A DNA stretch of 41,233 nucleotides from Chiloscyllium plagiosum (taxonomy: Eukaryota). The translations under genes and the position numbers were made by a program. Location of the stretch: contig NC_057750.1 in NCBI RefSeq assembly GCF_004010195.1, positions 6,093,151 through 6,134,383 on the forward strand. Reading direction: 5' to 3'. The stretch's first letter is position 1. The number at the start of each line of letters is the position of its first letter. Under the pieces are notes generated by a model, which saw nothing but the letters and a program-made list of their open reading frames with translations, was not told the DNA's origin and did no database searches. Of this stretch, positions 1 through 11,728 are shown in pieces.

Positions 1-544
1 AATGTTGTCAATTCTTTGCATCTTGCACTCATCATTACATTTCACAATGTAAAGGAAGAACAATACATTTACACTGTCTGAGGAGGCTGAATTGATTGAG
101 TAACAAGTGGAGTTGGATTGGTCGAGACATTGCTATGGACAATGCATTAGTTGGATGATGACTGACAGTTAACTACCAAAACGCAAACCAGATATTACTG
201 GAAAAGCTCAGCAAGTATGGCAGCATCTGTGGAGAGAAATCAGAGTTAGTATTTCAGGTCTAGTGACCCTTCTTTAGAAGTATTCTGAGAACAGACAAGA
301 ATTTCCAATGTTTAGAGTTCTTTCGGTTTTTGTTGTCGGCCAAACTTTGCTTCAATTTAAGTGGGCACGTTGACTCTGATTGGCCAAGGCATTGTCCTGA
401 GGAATGAATTGGTGAATGGATATCACCTGTGTTGTGAGTTGGAAATGGTGCAGTGCACCATATGTTCTTCTGTTTACAAAGAACAGGGCCCCATGCACCA
501 ATATATATTGCTTCCAATATGTGCATATCTGCATATACATCAGA

Positions 545-908
545 GGGTTGCACAGTGGATCAGTGGTTAGCACTGCTGCCCCACAGTGCCAGGGACCCAA
601 GTTCAATTCCAGCCTTGGTGACTATCTGTACGGAGTTTGCACATTCTCCCCGTGTCTGCGTGGGTTTCCTCCAGGTGCTCTGGTTTCCTCCCACAGTTCA
701 AAGATGCGCAGGTTAGGTGGATTAGCCATGGAAAATTGCCCCATGGTGTCCAGGGATGTGTTGGTTAAGTGTGTTGGCCATGGGAAATGCAGGTTTACAG
801 GGATAGGTAGGGGGTGGGTTTGGGTGGGATGCTGTTCAGAGGGTCGGTTTGGACATTATAGGCTGGATGGCCTGCTTCCACACTGAACCTGAACATAGGG
901 ATTCTATG
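545..908 (+). mobile_element. HE1/V-SINE-type tRNA-derived SINE
   Basis: tRNA-like head (CAGTGGTTAGCAC...GTTCAATTCC) and central GGAGTTTGCACATTCTCCCCGTGTCTGCGTGGGTTTCCTCC. About 17 copies in the window. Confidence 0.85.
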
Positions 909-1005
909 TTCAATGTATTTAGAAATACATAACACAAATATATATTCATAAACCATCAATTAAAATAGGCCTAATTCTTAATTATCACTTTTTAATATGT
1001 TTTAC

Positions 1006-1923
1006 TGTCACAAAGCTGGTCCCTTTTTTTCCTAAAAGCTTCCTTGGCTCAAGACTCTGTCCATGACTTTTTTCAGAGGGGTAATAAACCAGGCCGGACT
1101 CTGATCAGTCTGGTTTGGTACAGAGATGAAAAGGATTTTGAGAGGCCCTTTGTTTAAATGTGAACAGATGAGACTTCAGTCCAAAGTGGTCATCTTTTAG
1201 AAGTGACCTGTATAATGAATGTGGAGTGGTCGACTCTCTAACTTAGCAGTTTAGTTCAGTCCTGAACTGGTGAGGAGTTCAACAGTGAGCTGCGTGGAAA
1301 CTCTCTCTTTCTGCCCTTCAACTTCAACCTTTAAGCATGCGTTCCATTTATATATTTTTTTTTAAAGACTAGATTCCCTACAGTATGGAAACAGGCCATT
1401 CAGCCCACCAAGTCGACACCGACCCTCCGAAGAGTAACCCAACAAGACCCATGATGCACCTAACACTATGGGCAATTTAGCATGGCCAGCTCACATCTTT
1501 GAACGATAGGAGGAAACCCACGCAGACACGGGGAGAATGTGCAAACTCCACACAGACAGCCACCCGAGGCTGGAATCGAACCTGGGTCCCTGGCGCTGTG
1601 AGGCAGCAGTGCTAACCACTGAGCCACCGTGCCACCCCAAAGGGAGTTTGTTTATTGGGAGCTTGTTTATTGGGGATATTCGGAACAGCATATTTAAGTC
1701 TAGTTTAGATAGATGGAGTTCTGTAAGGGTTCTTTATTCTGTTCTTTGTGTTTCATTGTGTAATTTTGTGAATAAATGTTTGTCTGTTTTAAAATCTAGT
1801 AGTCAACCTAGCTAACTTACTCCAGGTAACTGTCACTGTACACTTACCAAAACAAATTGCAAAGTTATGGTCTGGGGCTGCCTGCTTAAGAATGTTTTGA
1901 GTGGTCTGGCCTAGTCCTTAGCA
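1006..1923 (+). mobile_element. Putative solo LTR
   Basis: TG...CA ends and internal AATAAA. Terminal GGTCTGGCCTAGTCCTTAGCA resembles the ends of 16236-16979 and 29117-30493. No TSD confirmed. Confidence 0.45.
1366..1638 (-). mobile_element. HE1/V-SINE-type SINE
   Basis: Reverse-complement copy inserted in an LTR-like sequence. Confidence 0.85.
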
Positions 1924-2019
1924 ATGCCTTCAGAGTAAGCATGCTCCACAATAAAAACACAGCTTTCATATTTTTCTGGACATATTCTTTTTTTTTAAGA
2001 TTCTCTTTAGACATGATGC

Positions 2020-2286
2020 AGAGTCCTGGGTTCGATTCCCGCCTGTCTGTGTGGAGTTTGCACGTTCTCCCCGTGTCTGCGTGGGTTTCCTCCGGGTGCT
2101 CCGGTTTCCTCCCACAATCCAAAGGTGTGCAGGTCAGGCGAATTGGCCGTGCTAAATTGCCCGCAGTGTTAGGTGCGTTAGTCAGGGGGAATGGGGTTTT
2201 AGGTGGGTTTCTCTTCGGAGGGGCGGTGTGGACTTGTTGGGCCGAAGGGCCTGTTTCCATACTGTAGAGAATCTAATCTAACCTAA
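2020..2286 (+). mobile_element. HE1/V-SINE-type SINE, 5' truncated
   Basis: Central domain and (AATCT)n tail. Confidence 0.85.
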
Positions 2287-2311
2287 TCATGCTCACTTTT
2301 TTGAAGTTCAT

Positions 2312-2625
2312 TTAGAGAATGTGGGTGTCGCTAATTGGGCCTACATTTATTGCCCATCCCTAATTACCCCTGAACTGAATGGTTTGCTCAGCCATTTCTG
2401 AGAGCAGTTAAGGATCCACCGCATTGCTGTGGGTCTGGAGTCACATGTAGGCCCAGACCAGGTAAAGATGGCACATTTCTCTCCCTAAAGGGGCAGTAGT
2501 GAACCAGATGGATTGCTGTGACAAGTGACACAGTCATGATTAGATCAGCTGCTAATTAAAGATTTTTTTTATTGAATTCAAATTTCATTATCTGCCCTGG
2601 TAGCATTTGAACCCATGTGCCATGA
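2312..2625 (-). mobile_element. Second SINE family sharing its 3' tail with the 21800-23075 LINE
   Basis: Minus strand ...ACATGTGACTCCAGACCCACAGC...TTAGGGATGGGCAATAAATG. Related copies at about 24290-24630 (-) and 39685-40470 (+). Confidence 0.65.
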
Positions 2626-3239
2626 ACATTTCTAATGAAGTCACAACAGCCTCACTCTGTTCCTCTCACCAAATGATGGCAAATCTCTGGTCCAAATGAT
2701 GGATTAGATTAGTTTTGGATACCTGGTAGGCATGGATGAGATGGGCCGAAGGGTCTGTTTCCGTGCTGTACATCTGTACTGCTGAGTTTCTCCTGCACTC
2801 TCTGTTTACCCCAGAGCACAAGCCTGGTTATTCTAGCCCCAGTGACGTTACCAGTGCCTTCCCATGATCCAAGTGGGGAAGGGTGAGAGCTGCCAATCAG
2901 ATGTTCAGGGGCTGGGCAAGGCTGACCTTTGATCTTGAAGGAACACCATTCCATTGGAGTCACGCACCATACCCCTGTGGACATTTTTTGACCGTTCCTT
3001 CATTATCACCAGGCCATATGTCCTCTTTAACAGGACCATAGGGGCTGGTGTACTTACCACACAAGGACACTGCTCAGCACTGCCTTTTCACAAGGGCAAC
3101 CAGGAGTGGGCTATAAATGGGAGGTTTGCTGTAATAATTCTTTTTAAAGAATTGAGATGAGTGACATCGAAGTGGTTTCCCCAGTGTTACTGCCCCTAGC
3201 TGGGGATTAGTTAGCTCAGTTGGATGGATAGCTGGTCCG

Positions 3240-3750
3240 TACGCACCAACCAACCCAACCTTTCAGTGGCCATCCATTTCAACTCCCACTCCCCCCATGA
3301 CATCGCCATTCTGGGCTCCTACACAAGGCCAAGCTTGGAAGAGGAACACCTCATCTTCTGCCTCAGGAGCCTACAACCACACAGCCTCAACGTTGATGCA
3401 ACCAGTTTCCGAATATCCCTTCCGCACCCCCCCCCTCCCTGACCCCATCCCAGATCCAACACACCTGCCTGACCCAACCATGCCCCCTTGACCTCATCTA
3501 CCTGTCCTTCTTCCTTCCCACCTATCCGCTTACCCACCCGTCACAATCATCTCCTACCTGCGTCCACCTAACACCATCCCACCTACCTTCCCCCCAGCCC
3601 CACCACTCTCCATATTAATCTCTCAGTCCCTTTCCCCAATCCTAATAAAGGGTCCTGCCCAAAAAATCAATTCTTCTGCTCCTCGGATGTTGCCTGACCT
3701 GCTGTGCTTTTTCCAGCGACACGCTATCGACTCTGACTCTCCAGTGCATC
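3240..3750 (+). mobile_element. Penelope-like element 3' remnant (GIY-YIG C-terminus plus UTR)
   Basis: Encodes LEEEHLIFCLRSLQPHSLNVD, followed by a pyrimidine-rich UTR and a decayed hammerhead-type segment near 3640-3670. Confidence 0.65.
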
Positions 3751-4897
3751 AGTAATGGACTCGCCAACTTTAAGGGCATTTAAATGGTCATTGGATAAAC
3801 ATATGGATGATAATGGAATAGTGTAGGTTAGACAGGCTTTACATTGGTTTCACAGGTTGGCGCAACATTAAGGGTCAAAAGACCAGTACTGCGCTGTAAT
3901 GTTCTATGTTCTAAGCAGTCCTCAATATCTCCCAGACAGTTGGTTTGCCATGCAGAGTGACACCAACAGTGGATGGGTTGAATTCCCAAACCGGCTGAGG
4001 TTACTGTGAAGGTCTCAGCTTTTTAACTGCAGTGAGCCCCAGCTTAAACTCACCACCAGTTGTCTCTCTCAGCCTCATGGGCAGCCCTATGGGACTCTGG
4101 CAACTTTCTTTTGCTTAAAGCAAAAAAATGAAGGAGAAACTAAAAGAGGGAATGGAATTACATTTCACGGAGTCACAGAGATGTATGGACTTCTCCGCCC
4201 ACTGATGCTGCCTGGCTTGCTGTGTTCCTCCAGCCTCCTGCCTGTCTGCGAAAACCTAATTGAATCGGAGTAATTGTTGCCTCGTTGGGTCACCAAGTTA
4301 CATTGAAAACGCAGTCCAGCCCTCGTTTTAAATCAATCCTTTTAGAGATCGTCATGAACACTCTCTGGAACAGCTGGGAGTTGAACGTGGGTCTCTAGGC
4401 TTGGAGGTGGGGACACTACCAAGAGCCCTGAGCACACAGTCTAAGACCAGTCAAACAATCCAATCTCTCAAGGGCTGGGTGTCAGTGAGAGCTAAGAGGA
4501 TTCTAGATAATGACACCTGCTCAGACAAACACATGCACATTCGATGAGTCATTATTCAAATGAACACCGGCATAACCAGTCACAAGCTGAAAATAGCTCA
4601 GAGCCATGAGGTCACCTTGACATCAGGAGCAATACATTAACATGTCAGTCATAAATACAGCCAGTTGGTACAGGATCTCTGAAAAAATGTCCTGAAATCC
4701 TTGAGGATTAAGATATAATCTCCTTGGTCTGCTGACCAGTGGGTGGGTCATAGGACAATTTAACAGCACCCCCCACCTGAAAATAAATACCTGCTTCATT
4801 TAACTTGAGATGGAGAGATTGGTTGACCTGGATGGGACTGTCTCCAACTAGAATCGGCATCCCTGTTTTTACATTCAGAGTATCCCTTCCTTTGGGT

Positions 4898-5408
4898 TGT
4901 ATTCTGGTCTCCCTGCTATCGGAAGGATGTCGTGAAACTTGAAAGGGTGCAGAAAGGAGTTACAAGGATGTTGCCAGGGTTGGAGGGTTTCAGCTATAGG
5001 GAGAGGCTGAACAGACAAGGGCTGTTTTCTCTGGAGCGTCGGAGGCTGAGGGATGACCCTATGGAGCTTTATAAAATCATGAGGGGCGTGGATAGGGTGA
5101 AGAGCCAAGGTCTTTTCCCTGGGGTGGGGGAATCCAAAACTAGGTTTAGGGTGAGAGGGGAAAGATATAAAAGGGACCTAAGGGGCAACCTTCTCACGCA
5201 GAGGGTGGTGCGTGTATGGAATGAGCTGCCAGAGGAAGTGGTGGAGGCTGGTACAATTACAACATTTAAAAGGCATTTGGATGGGTATATGAGTAAGAAG
5301 GGTTTGGAGGGATATGGGCCAAGTACTGGCAAATGGGATTAGATTAGGTTAGGATATCTGGTCGGCGTGGACGAGTTGGACTGAAGGTGTACATCTCTAT
5401 GACACTAT
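4898..5408 (+). mobile_element. CR1-clade LINE (HER1-like) 3' fragment
   Basis: KLERVQKGVTRMLPGL...YRERL...FSLERRRLR...RVVRVWNELP...FKRHLD is the CR1 ORF2 C-terminus. Confidence 0.9.
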
Positions 5409-5729
5409 GAAATATAACTCCATTTTCTCCTTTAGTTTCTGCTTCAATAGAAAGTGGTCAGTGTTGCAGGGGTACAGTTCCGAGGATATAGTTTCAAACA
5501 TCCCCCCACCCCACCCCCCAGCTCCCCCATTCCTTGTGGATAAAAACCCAGGACCTGAATGTCTGGCTATGGGGTCACAGTGGGCAAAACTGCCTCTTGC
5601 TATGCTCTACCTTTCAGACCAAGGAAAAGCTAATTATCAAAGTACAGGAGGGTGACAGACCTGGAGTGGCAAACAACAGCCTTTTTCTTGAGAATCATAG
5701 AAAGTGAATCTGAGAGGGAAGGAGAGCAG

Positions 5730-5872
5730 TCATAGAGATGTGCAGCATGGAAACAGACCCTTCGGTCCAACTCATCCATGCTGACCAGATATCCCAACCC
5801 AATCTAGAGCCATTTGCCAACACTTGGCCCATATCCCTCTAAAACCTTCCTATTCAAGTACCCATCCAGATG
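5730..5872 (-). mobile_element. CR1-clade LINE 3' tail
   Basis: Reverse complement of the 5270-5408 tail. Confidence 0.8.
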
Positions 5873-6117
5873 CCAGAAGCGGTGAGGATCCAGCTGGGAA
5901 CAGATATTAAAAAGAGTCACACACACCAACAGGTTCAAGACCTGCCTTTTCCCTGCCTTCTCGACTGCTGAATGGATCCCTCTAACTTTTAATAATACTG
6001 ACCTCACTAATGAATCAAAAACAGAAGTTGCAGCTAACGCTCTGCAGGTAAAGCAGCATCTGTGAAGAAAAATCAAGAGTTAACCTTTCAGTTCTGGCGA
6101 CCCTTCCTCAGTTCTGC

Positions 6118-6730
6118 AGTTAGCACTGCTGCCTCACAGCACCAGGGACCCGGGTTCAATTCCCGCCTCGGGGCGACTGTCTGTGTGGAGTTTGCACATT
6201 CTCCCCGTGTCTGCGTGGGTTTCCTCCGGGTGCTCCGGTTTCCTCCCACAGTCCAAAGATGTGCAGGTTAGGGTGGATTGGCTGTGCTAAATTGCCCGTA
6301 CAGTTCAGGGATGTATAGGTTAAGTGCACTAGTCAGGGGTAAATGTAGAGTAATAGGGTAGGGGAATAGGTCTGGGTGGGTTACTCTTCAGAGGGTCGGT
6401 GTGGACTTGTTGGATTGAATGGCCTGTTTCCACACTGTAGGGATTTTTTTTCTTTTAAAATTTACCGCCTAACTGCGGTAGTGCTTATGTTTCCCCAGCC
6501 CCCATGTTGTGTGTGTGCAGGTGTGAGACACAGTGAGAGACACAAGGTGCACGAATCTTTATTCAGTTTCCACCACCAGGAAGATAGTAAACAGCCGAGT
6601 GGCCAGTGACAAGCAGTGCCCTTCACATCAAAGGGCAACGCTGTGTGATCAAACAGCGAAGAGGAGGGCAGGGGTTAAATCAAAATAGAGTTGGAGGGGG
6701 ACACACTGTAGGGATTCTATGAAATCTATG
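6118..6730 (+). mobile_element. HE1/V-SINE-type SINE with tail interrupted by an insertion at 6446-6701
   Basis: Family similarity; the tail resumes after the duplicated CACACTGTAGGGATT. Confidence 0.85.
6446..6701 (-). mobile_element. Poly(A)-tailed retroposon 3' end (possibly Tx1/L1 clade) with 15-bp target-site duplication
   Basis: CACACTGTAGGGATT at 6431-6445 and 6702-6716. Minus-strand AATAAA (6558-6563), hairpin TACCGC/GCGGTA (6463-6480) and A-rich tail. Confidence 0.7.
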
Positions 6731-7220
6731 AACGTTAACTCTGATTTCTCTCCACAGATGCTGCCAGACCTGCTGAGCTTTTCCAGCAATTTCTCTTTTG
6801 CCTCCTGATTTACAGGATCTGCACTTCCTTTGCTTTTTATTTTGATCTTGCTAATGTTCATCTTGCTTTGTGCACCTCTTGTGCAGGGTAACCCTGCGTA
6901 CCTCGCTTTGTCTAAGCACCCTACGACCTGTGTGCCCTTGTGAGCTACCATCTGCCTGTACTGCGCACAAAACAGAACTTTTCACTGTACTTAGGTACAC
7001 GTGACTAGAGTAAATCAAACCAAATCAGTAGTACAGAATTTGAATCTCACTGAAAAGACAACATTGCTCTCATCAGGACACACGCAAGAGTGTCAAATCT
7101 CAAACAAGCACGACCATTTATATTGGAGGAGGACAACAATAACTCAGGGTCAACTCGGGAAATAATCAGCAGCCATTTCTTTTCCCCCCCAGTTCCCATT
7201 TTGTGCAAACAAAATGAATA

Positions 7221-7243
7221 CAGAGGGACCTCGATTATCCGAA
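7221..7243 (+). mobile_element. Single Tigger-like terminal inverted repeat
   Basis: TA|CAGAGGGACCTCGATTATCCGAA. No partner TIR seen. Confidence 0.4.
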
Positions 7244-7616
7244 GATTTCTAGGTCCCACAAAAAAACGTAACACCAAAGAGGTAAGTGTATTCAATTTAC
7301 CTGCACTGAAGAACATGCAAAAACGTTGGCAAAAACAAAGAAACACGAGCACATCAAGCATCAGCGACTGGATTTTTTTTAGGTAATGGTTGTTATACAG
7401 CCCTTTGCAAAAGTAAGTGTTTTACATTACTCTACAGGTATTCCCATCACTCATGAGAAAAATGGCCAAGACCATAAACGCATGCGCCAGATGGTGCTAT
7501 CGCGAGACTGAGTTCCCGGAAACTGACAAATGCTCTTCCGATCGTAGAAGCTGTTCAGCACCTTGTTTAATGGCTTCCCTTGTTTAAGGCAAAATCAAGT
7601 ATCCGAGTCAGTAAGT

Positions 7617-8116
7617 TTTTGGAAGGATATTATTAAGCTGGAGAGGGTTCAGAAGAGATTTACCAGGATGTTGCCGGGTTTGGAAGGTTTGAGTTATAAA
7701 GGAAGGTTGGATAGACTGGGAAACTTTTTTCATGGGACTGTAGGAGTTTGAGAGACAACTTGATTGACATTTATAAAATAATGAGAGGTACAGGTAGAGT
7801 TAATTAAAGTTGTCTTTTTCTTAGCATGGGGGATTTGAAAATGGGGGGAGCATTTTTAAGGTGAGGAGAGAGATTTAGAAAAGACAGGAGAGGCAATTTT
7901 TTTTTTATACACAGGGTGTGGAGTGTACTTCCTGAGGAAGGAGCGGATGTGCGTCCAATGACAATATTTAAAAGACATTTGTTTCGGTTCCTGAATAGGA
8001 AAGGTTTGGAGGGATATGGGCCAGGAGCAGGCAGATGGGACTTGTTTAGTTTGGGATTACGTTCAGTTTGGACTGGTTGGGCCGAAGGGTCTGTTTCTGT
8101 GCTGTATGAGTCTATG
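7617..8116 (+). mobile_element. CR1-clade LINE 3' fragment
   Basis: KDIIKLERVQKRFTRMLPGL and the shared tail. Confidence 0.85.
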
Positions 8117-8798
8117 AGAAGCAGTGTTGTAGATCTCGGCCTACCAAGTGTGAATGGAGATACCATTTCAACACTGGAAACAAGATGGTCGTGGCTCCTC
8201 GTACAAGGTAGAAGAGTGACACGCAGGGAAGTGAATAGCCTTGTTCTATACCATCTATGAACTACAGGGGACGTTGCTGCAGTTCTCACCCCCTGCCCCA
8301 AAAGGCCATGCCAGATGGCACACTTGCCCACCATGCTGCTGGTTTTCTATGGACAATTTCCTCCCTCCTTTTAAACAGAATTGCTGTAAATACTTGAGAG
8401 CAGAATTTGGAAAGGCACCGCCATTTTGCACCAACATTCCAATAAACGTCATGTTACCGGGGCAACGGGCAGACTGGAGGTGGCAGAGCTAGGGCTTGGC
8501 TGGCATGGCTTGATGGGGAGGAGGGTGGTAACAGGGAGGGTGGGAGTGGGGTTCTGATCCGAGATGCCAACTGGGCAGGACGGCAAAGTGAGGGTTGCTC
8601 CCCCACCCATGTGTGCCAGGGGCCCAGATAGAAGGCCGCGCCAGCAAGCCCGGGGTGGGGGGAGCCAAAATGGCGACATAAGAGCCCTGGGGGCCACCAA
8701 GGCCTCTTGCTGGCCAACTCAAAATCGACTCAGCCTCAAGAGATAAGGGCATGAGCCTCCACCTCTGACCATTAACCCATTCCCACCCGGTCACCATG

Positions 8799-9112
8799 TC
8801 AACCACATTTAGGGGTTCCGCCACTGGTAGGGAGAGGCTCCAGTCTCTGGCTCTCTCGCTGATCGCTGGATGGCGAAATGGAATTGTAGGAAGGGGGTTC
8901 GGGGTGAGCGAGAGGTCGGGGGTCAGCTTTCAGCCCATTGAGCTGGAGAGAGGGGTGGGCGCCCGTTGAATTTAGGGCAAGCTCCTCATCCTCTTCTTCA
9001 CTGTCATCAGCCAGAGGGAGGTTGAAGATCTGGGTCAGGAGGTGCAGTCCCATTGCCTTCTGGGATGTCTGGATGAGAAGAAGCATCACTGTGAGGCCAC
9101 ACAGGAGGTAAA
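8799..9112 (-). CDS. KCNK6: KCNK6-like channel, coding exon 3 (M4 and cytoplasmic tail, to TGA)
   Basis: Acceptor tcctgcag|TT TAC is in phase with exon 2, giving FYLLCGLTVMLLL (M4), an acidic patch DDSEEEDEE and a YNSI motif. Total CDS 301+396+314 = 1011 nt. Confidence 0.88.
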
Positions 9113-9274
9113 CTGCAGGAGATGAAGGTGCGCAGTTACTCTCTAACTTAACCACGCAGAAGCCAATGATACTCCTGTCAACCCCACGTTCACAACTGTC
9201 ACTTGCTCCCTCGCACTCTTTACTGAGTCAGAAGGTCACAGTTCAAGTCCTATTCCAAGAGCATTGAGCACAAA

Positions 9275-10305
9275 ACCAGCGCACTGTCTGAGGGTCAGTG
9301 TTGAGAGAGCACCCAACCATTGGAGGGTCAGTGCTGAGGGATCACCACACTGTCAGAGGACTAATGCTAGGGGAGTGCCGCATTGTCTGAGCGTCAGTGT
9401 TGAAGGAGTGCCACACTATCAGAGGGTCAGTGCTGTGGGAGTGCCGCACTGTCAGAGGGTCAGTGCTGAGGGAATGCCACACTATCGGACGGTCAGCGCT
9501 GAGGGAGTGTCGGAGGGTCAGTGCAGAGGCAGTGCCGCACTGTCGGAGGGTCAGTGCTGAGGGAATGTCACACTGTCGGACGGTCAGCGCTGAGGGAGTG
9601 CCACACTGTCAGAGGGTCAGTGCTGAGGGAATGCCACACTGTCGGACGGTCAGCGCTGAGGGAGTGCCGCACTGTCGGAGGGTCAGTGCTGAGGGAGTGC
9701 CACACTCTCAGAGGGTCAGCGCTGAGGGAGCGCCGCACTGTCGGAGGCTCAGCACTGAGGGAGCGCTGCACTGTCGGAGGATCAGCGCTGAGGGAGCGCC
9801 GCATTGTCGGAAGGTCAGCGCTGAGGGAGTGCCGCACTGTTGGAGGGTCAGTGCCGAGGGAGTGCTGCACTGTCGGAGGGTCAGTGTTGAGGGAGCACCG
9901 CACTGTTGGAGGCTCAGTGCTGAGGGAGCGCCGCAGTGTTGGAGGGTCAGTGCCGAGGGAGTGCCGCACTGTCGGAGGGTCAGTGCTGAGGGAGTGCCGC
10001 ACTGTCGGAGAGTCAGTGCTGAGGGAGTGCCGCACCGTCAGATGGTCAGTGCTGAGGGAGTGTCGCACTGTCGGAGGGTCAGTGCTGAGGGAGTGCTGCA
10101 CTGTCGGAGGGTCAGTGCTGAGGGAGTGCCGCACTGTCGGAGGGTCAGTGCTGAGGGAGTGCCGCACTGTCAGATGGTCAGTGCTGAGGGAGTGCCGCAC
10201 TGTCGGAGGGTCAGTGCTGAGGGAGTGCCGCACTGTCGGAGGGTCAGTGCTGAGGGAGTGCCGCACCGTCAGATGGTCAGTGCTGAGGGAGTGCCGCACT
10301 GTCGC
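9275..10305. repeat. 33-bp minisatellite, about 31 units
   Basis: Unit GGGAGTGCCGCACTGTCGGAGGGTCAGTGCTGA, in KCNK6 intron 2. Confidence 0.95.
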
Positions 10306-10944
10306 AGCTGAGACCCTCAATCTATTCACTTATTTGGACACAAAGGACCTCACAACACTCTAATTTTGAAGGACAGCACAGGATATTTATCTGCTGTTAA
10401 CACCATGTTCAGTCTCTAAGACATGGGAGAAGAAATATATTCAGCCTGCAATGAGGTCATGGCCGAGTTTATTATCCTCAAATCCACTTTTCTGCCTTTT
10501 CTTGATCCTTGATCCTTGTGCCTTTCACTGATTAAAACAAATGGGTCAGTTTGTGGGATCTATCTGTGGAGAAACCAGGTTTAGCATCTCTCTCCACAAC
10601 ATAGCACCCATTTAAAATATTTTGTCACTTTAAAGGCTCCACACAAATGCAAACTGCTGTTGACTCCACTCATGGGAGTATCTTCCAGGCCATTAAAATG
10701 GGAAGTCCCAAGGTTGTGGTCGGCGCTATATGAATGCAAGTTCTTCCTTTAACAAAATAAGTCAGGCTGACAGATGGTGATAGACCAATTCACAGAGCTC
10801 GCTCCGCTGCCTCATTTCTACTCAGGCCCTGCGCTTACTACTTTGTTTGGCCACATCACCGACACCAGCCCTTGGGGCAACACAGGGTTAGATCGTGCGA
10901 TTAGAGATTCTGAGAGGATTCATTTGACACAATGAGGGAGCTCG

Positions 10945-11680
10945 GTAGAGAGAAAGGATGATGAGGGAAAAGAGAGAGAGGAGGGGAGAGATGGAGCGAG
11001 AAAAGCAGAAAGAGGGCGCAGGGCAGAGGAAGCTGGGGGGCATATTGTCAGGAGAGAGAGAGTGCGTGAGAGAGAGAGAGAGAGAGAAAGAGAGAGGGAG
11101 GCTGGGAGGGCAGGACAGAGGGGAGAGAGAGTGGCTGAGGGCTAGAGTGTATGTGGGTGAGAGAGAGAGAGAGACAGAGAGAGATGGTGAAAGAGAGAAA
11201 GAGACACAGAGATAGAGATAGACAGAGACAGAGAGAGACAGAGACACACATACATATACAGACAGAAAGAGAGACAAAGAGACAGAGAGGCAGAGAGAGA
11301 GACACACACACAGAAAGAGAGAGACACACACAGACAGACAGAGAAACATGCAGAGAGCAAGAGAGAGACACACAGAGAGAATGAGGTTGGAAGGACATGA
11401 CAGAGGGGAGAGAGAGTGGCTGGGGGAGATAGAGAGGGAGACAGTGAAAGGAAGACAGAATGGGAGACAGAGAGAGATACACAGAGAAGCAAGAGAGACA
11501 GAGAGAGAGAGAGAGAGACACAGAGCAAGACAGATACAGGGCAAGGAGAGACAGACAGACATTGGAGAGAGGGGGAGAGAGACAGATAGAAAGAGAGAGA
11601 GACACACACACACACACACACAGTGAGAATGTGAGACACAGAGAGTGTGTGAGACAGAGACAGTGAGAGAGAGAGATTCC
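10945..11680. repeat. (GA)/(GACA)-rich low-complexity tract
   Basis: Directly visible. Duplicated block GACAGAGGGG(G)AGAGAGAGTGGCTG near 11113 and 11399. Confidence 0.9.
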
Positions 11681-11728
11681 AGCCAGAAGGCTGAGCCAGT
11701 CAGGTACGGGTGAGGAGCTGTTACTCAC

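Noticed and set aside
545..620. tRNA-like A and B boxes here and in other SINE heads
   Set aside because: They belong to multi-copy SINEs; no complete cloverleaf.
9264..10363. Long ORFs (253-304 aa) and CRISPR-like periodicity
   Set aside because: Contiguous 33-bp units with no unique spacers or cas genes, in a vertebrate intron. The ORFs arise because the unit is a multiple of 3 and lacks stops in several frames.
10888..11720. Ser/Leu and Arg/Glu ORFs
   Set aside because: Translations of the (GA)n tract; exon 2 ends at a canonical donor at 11728.
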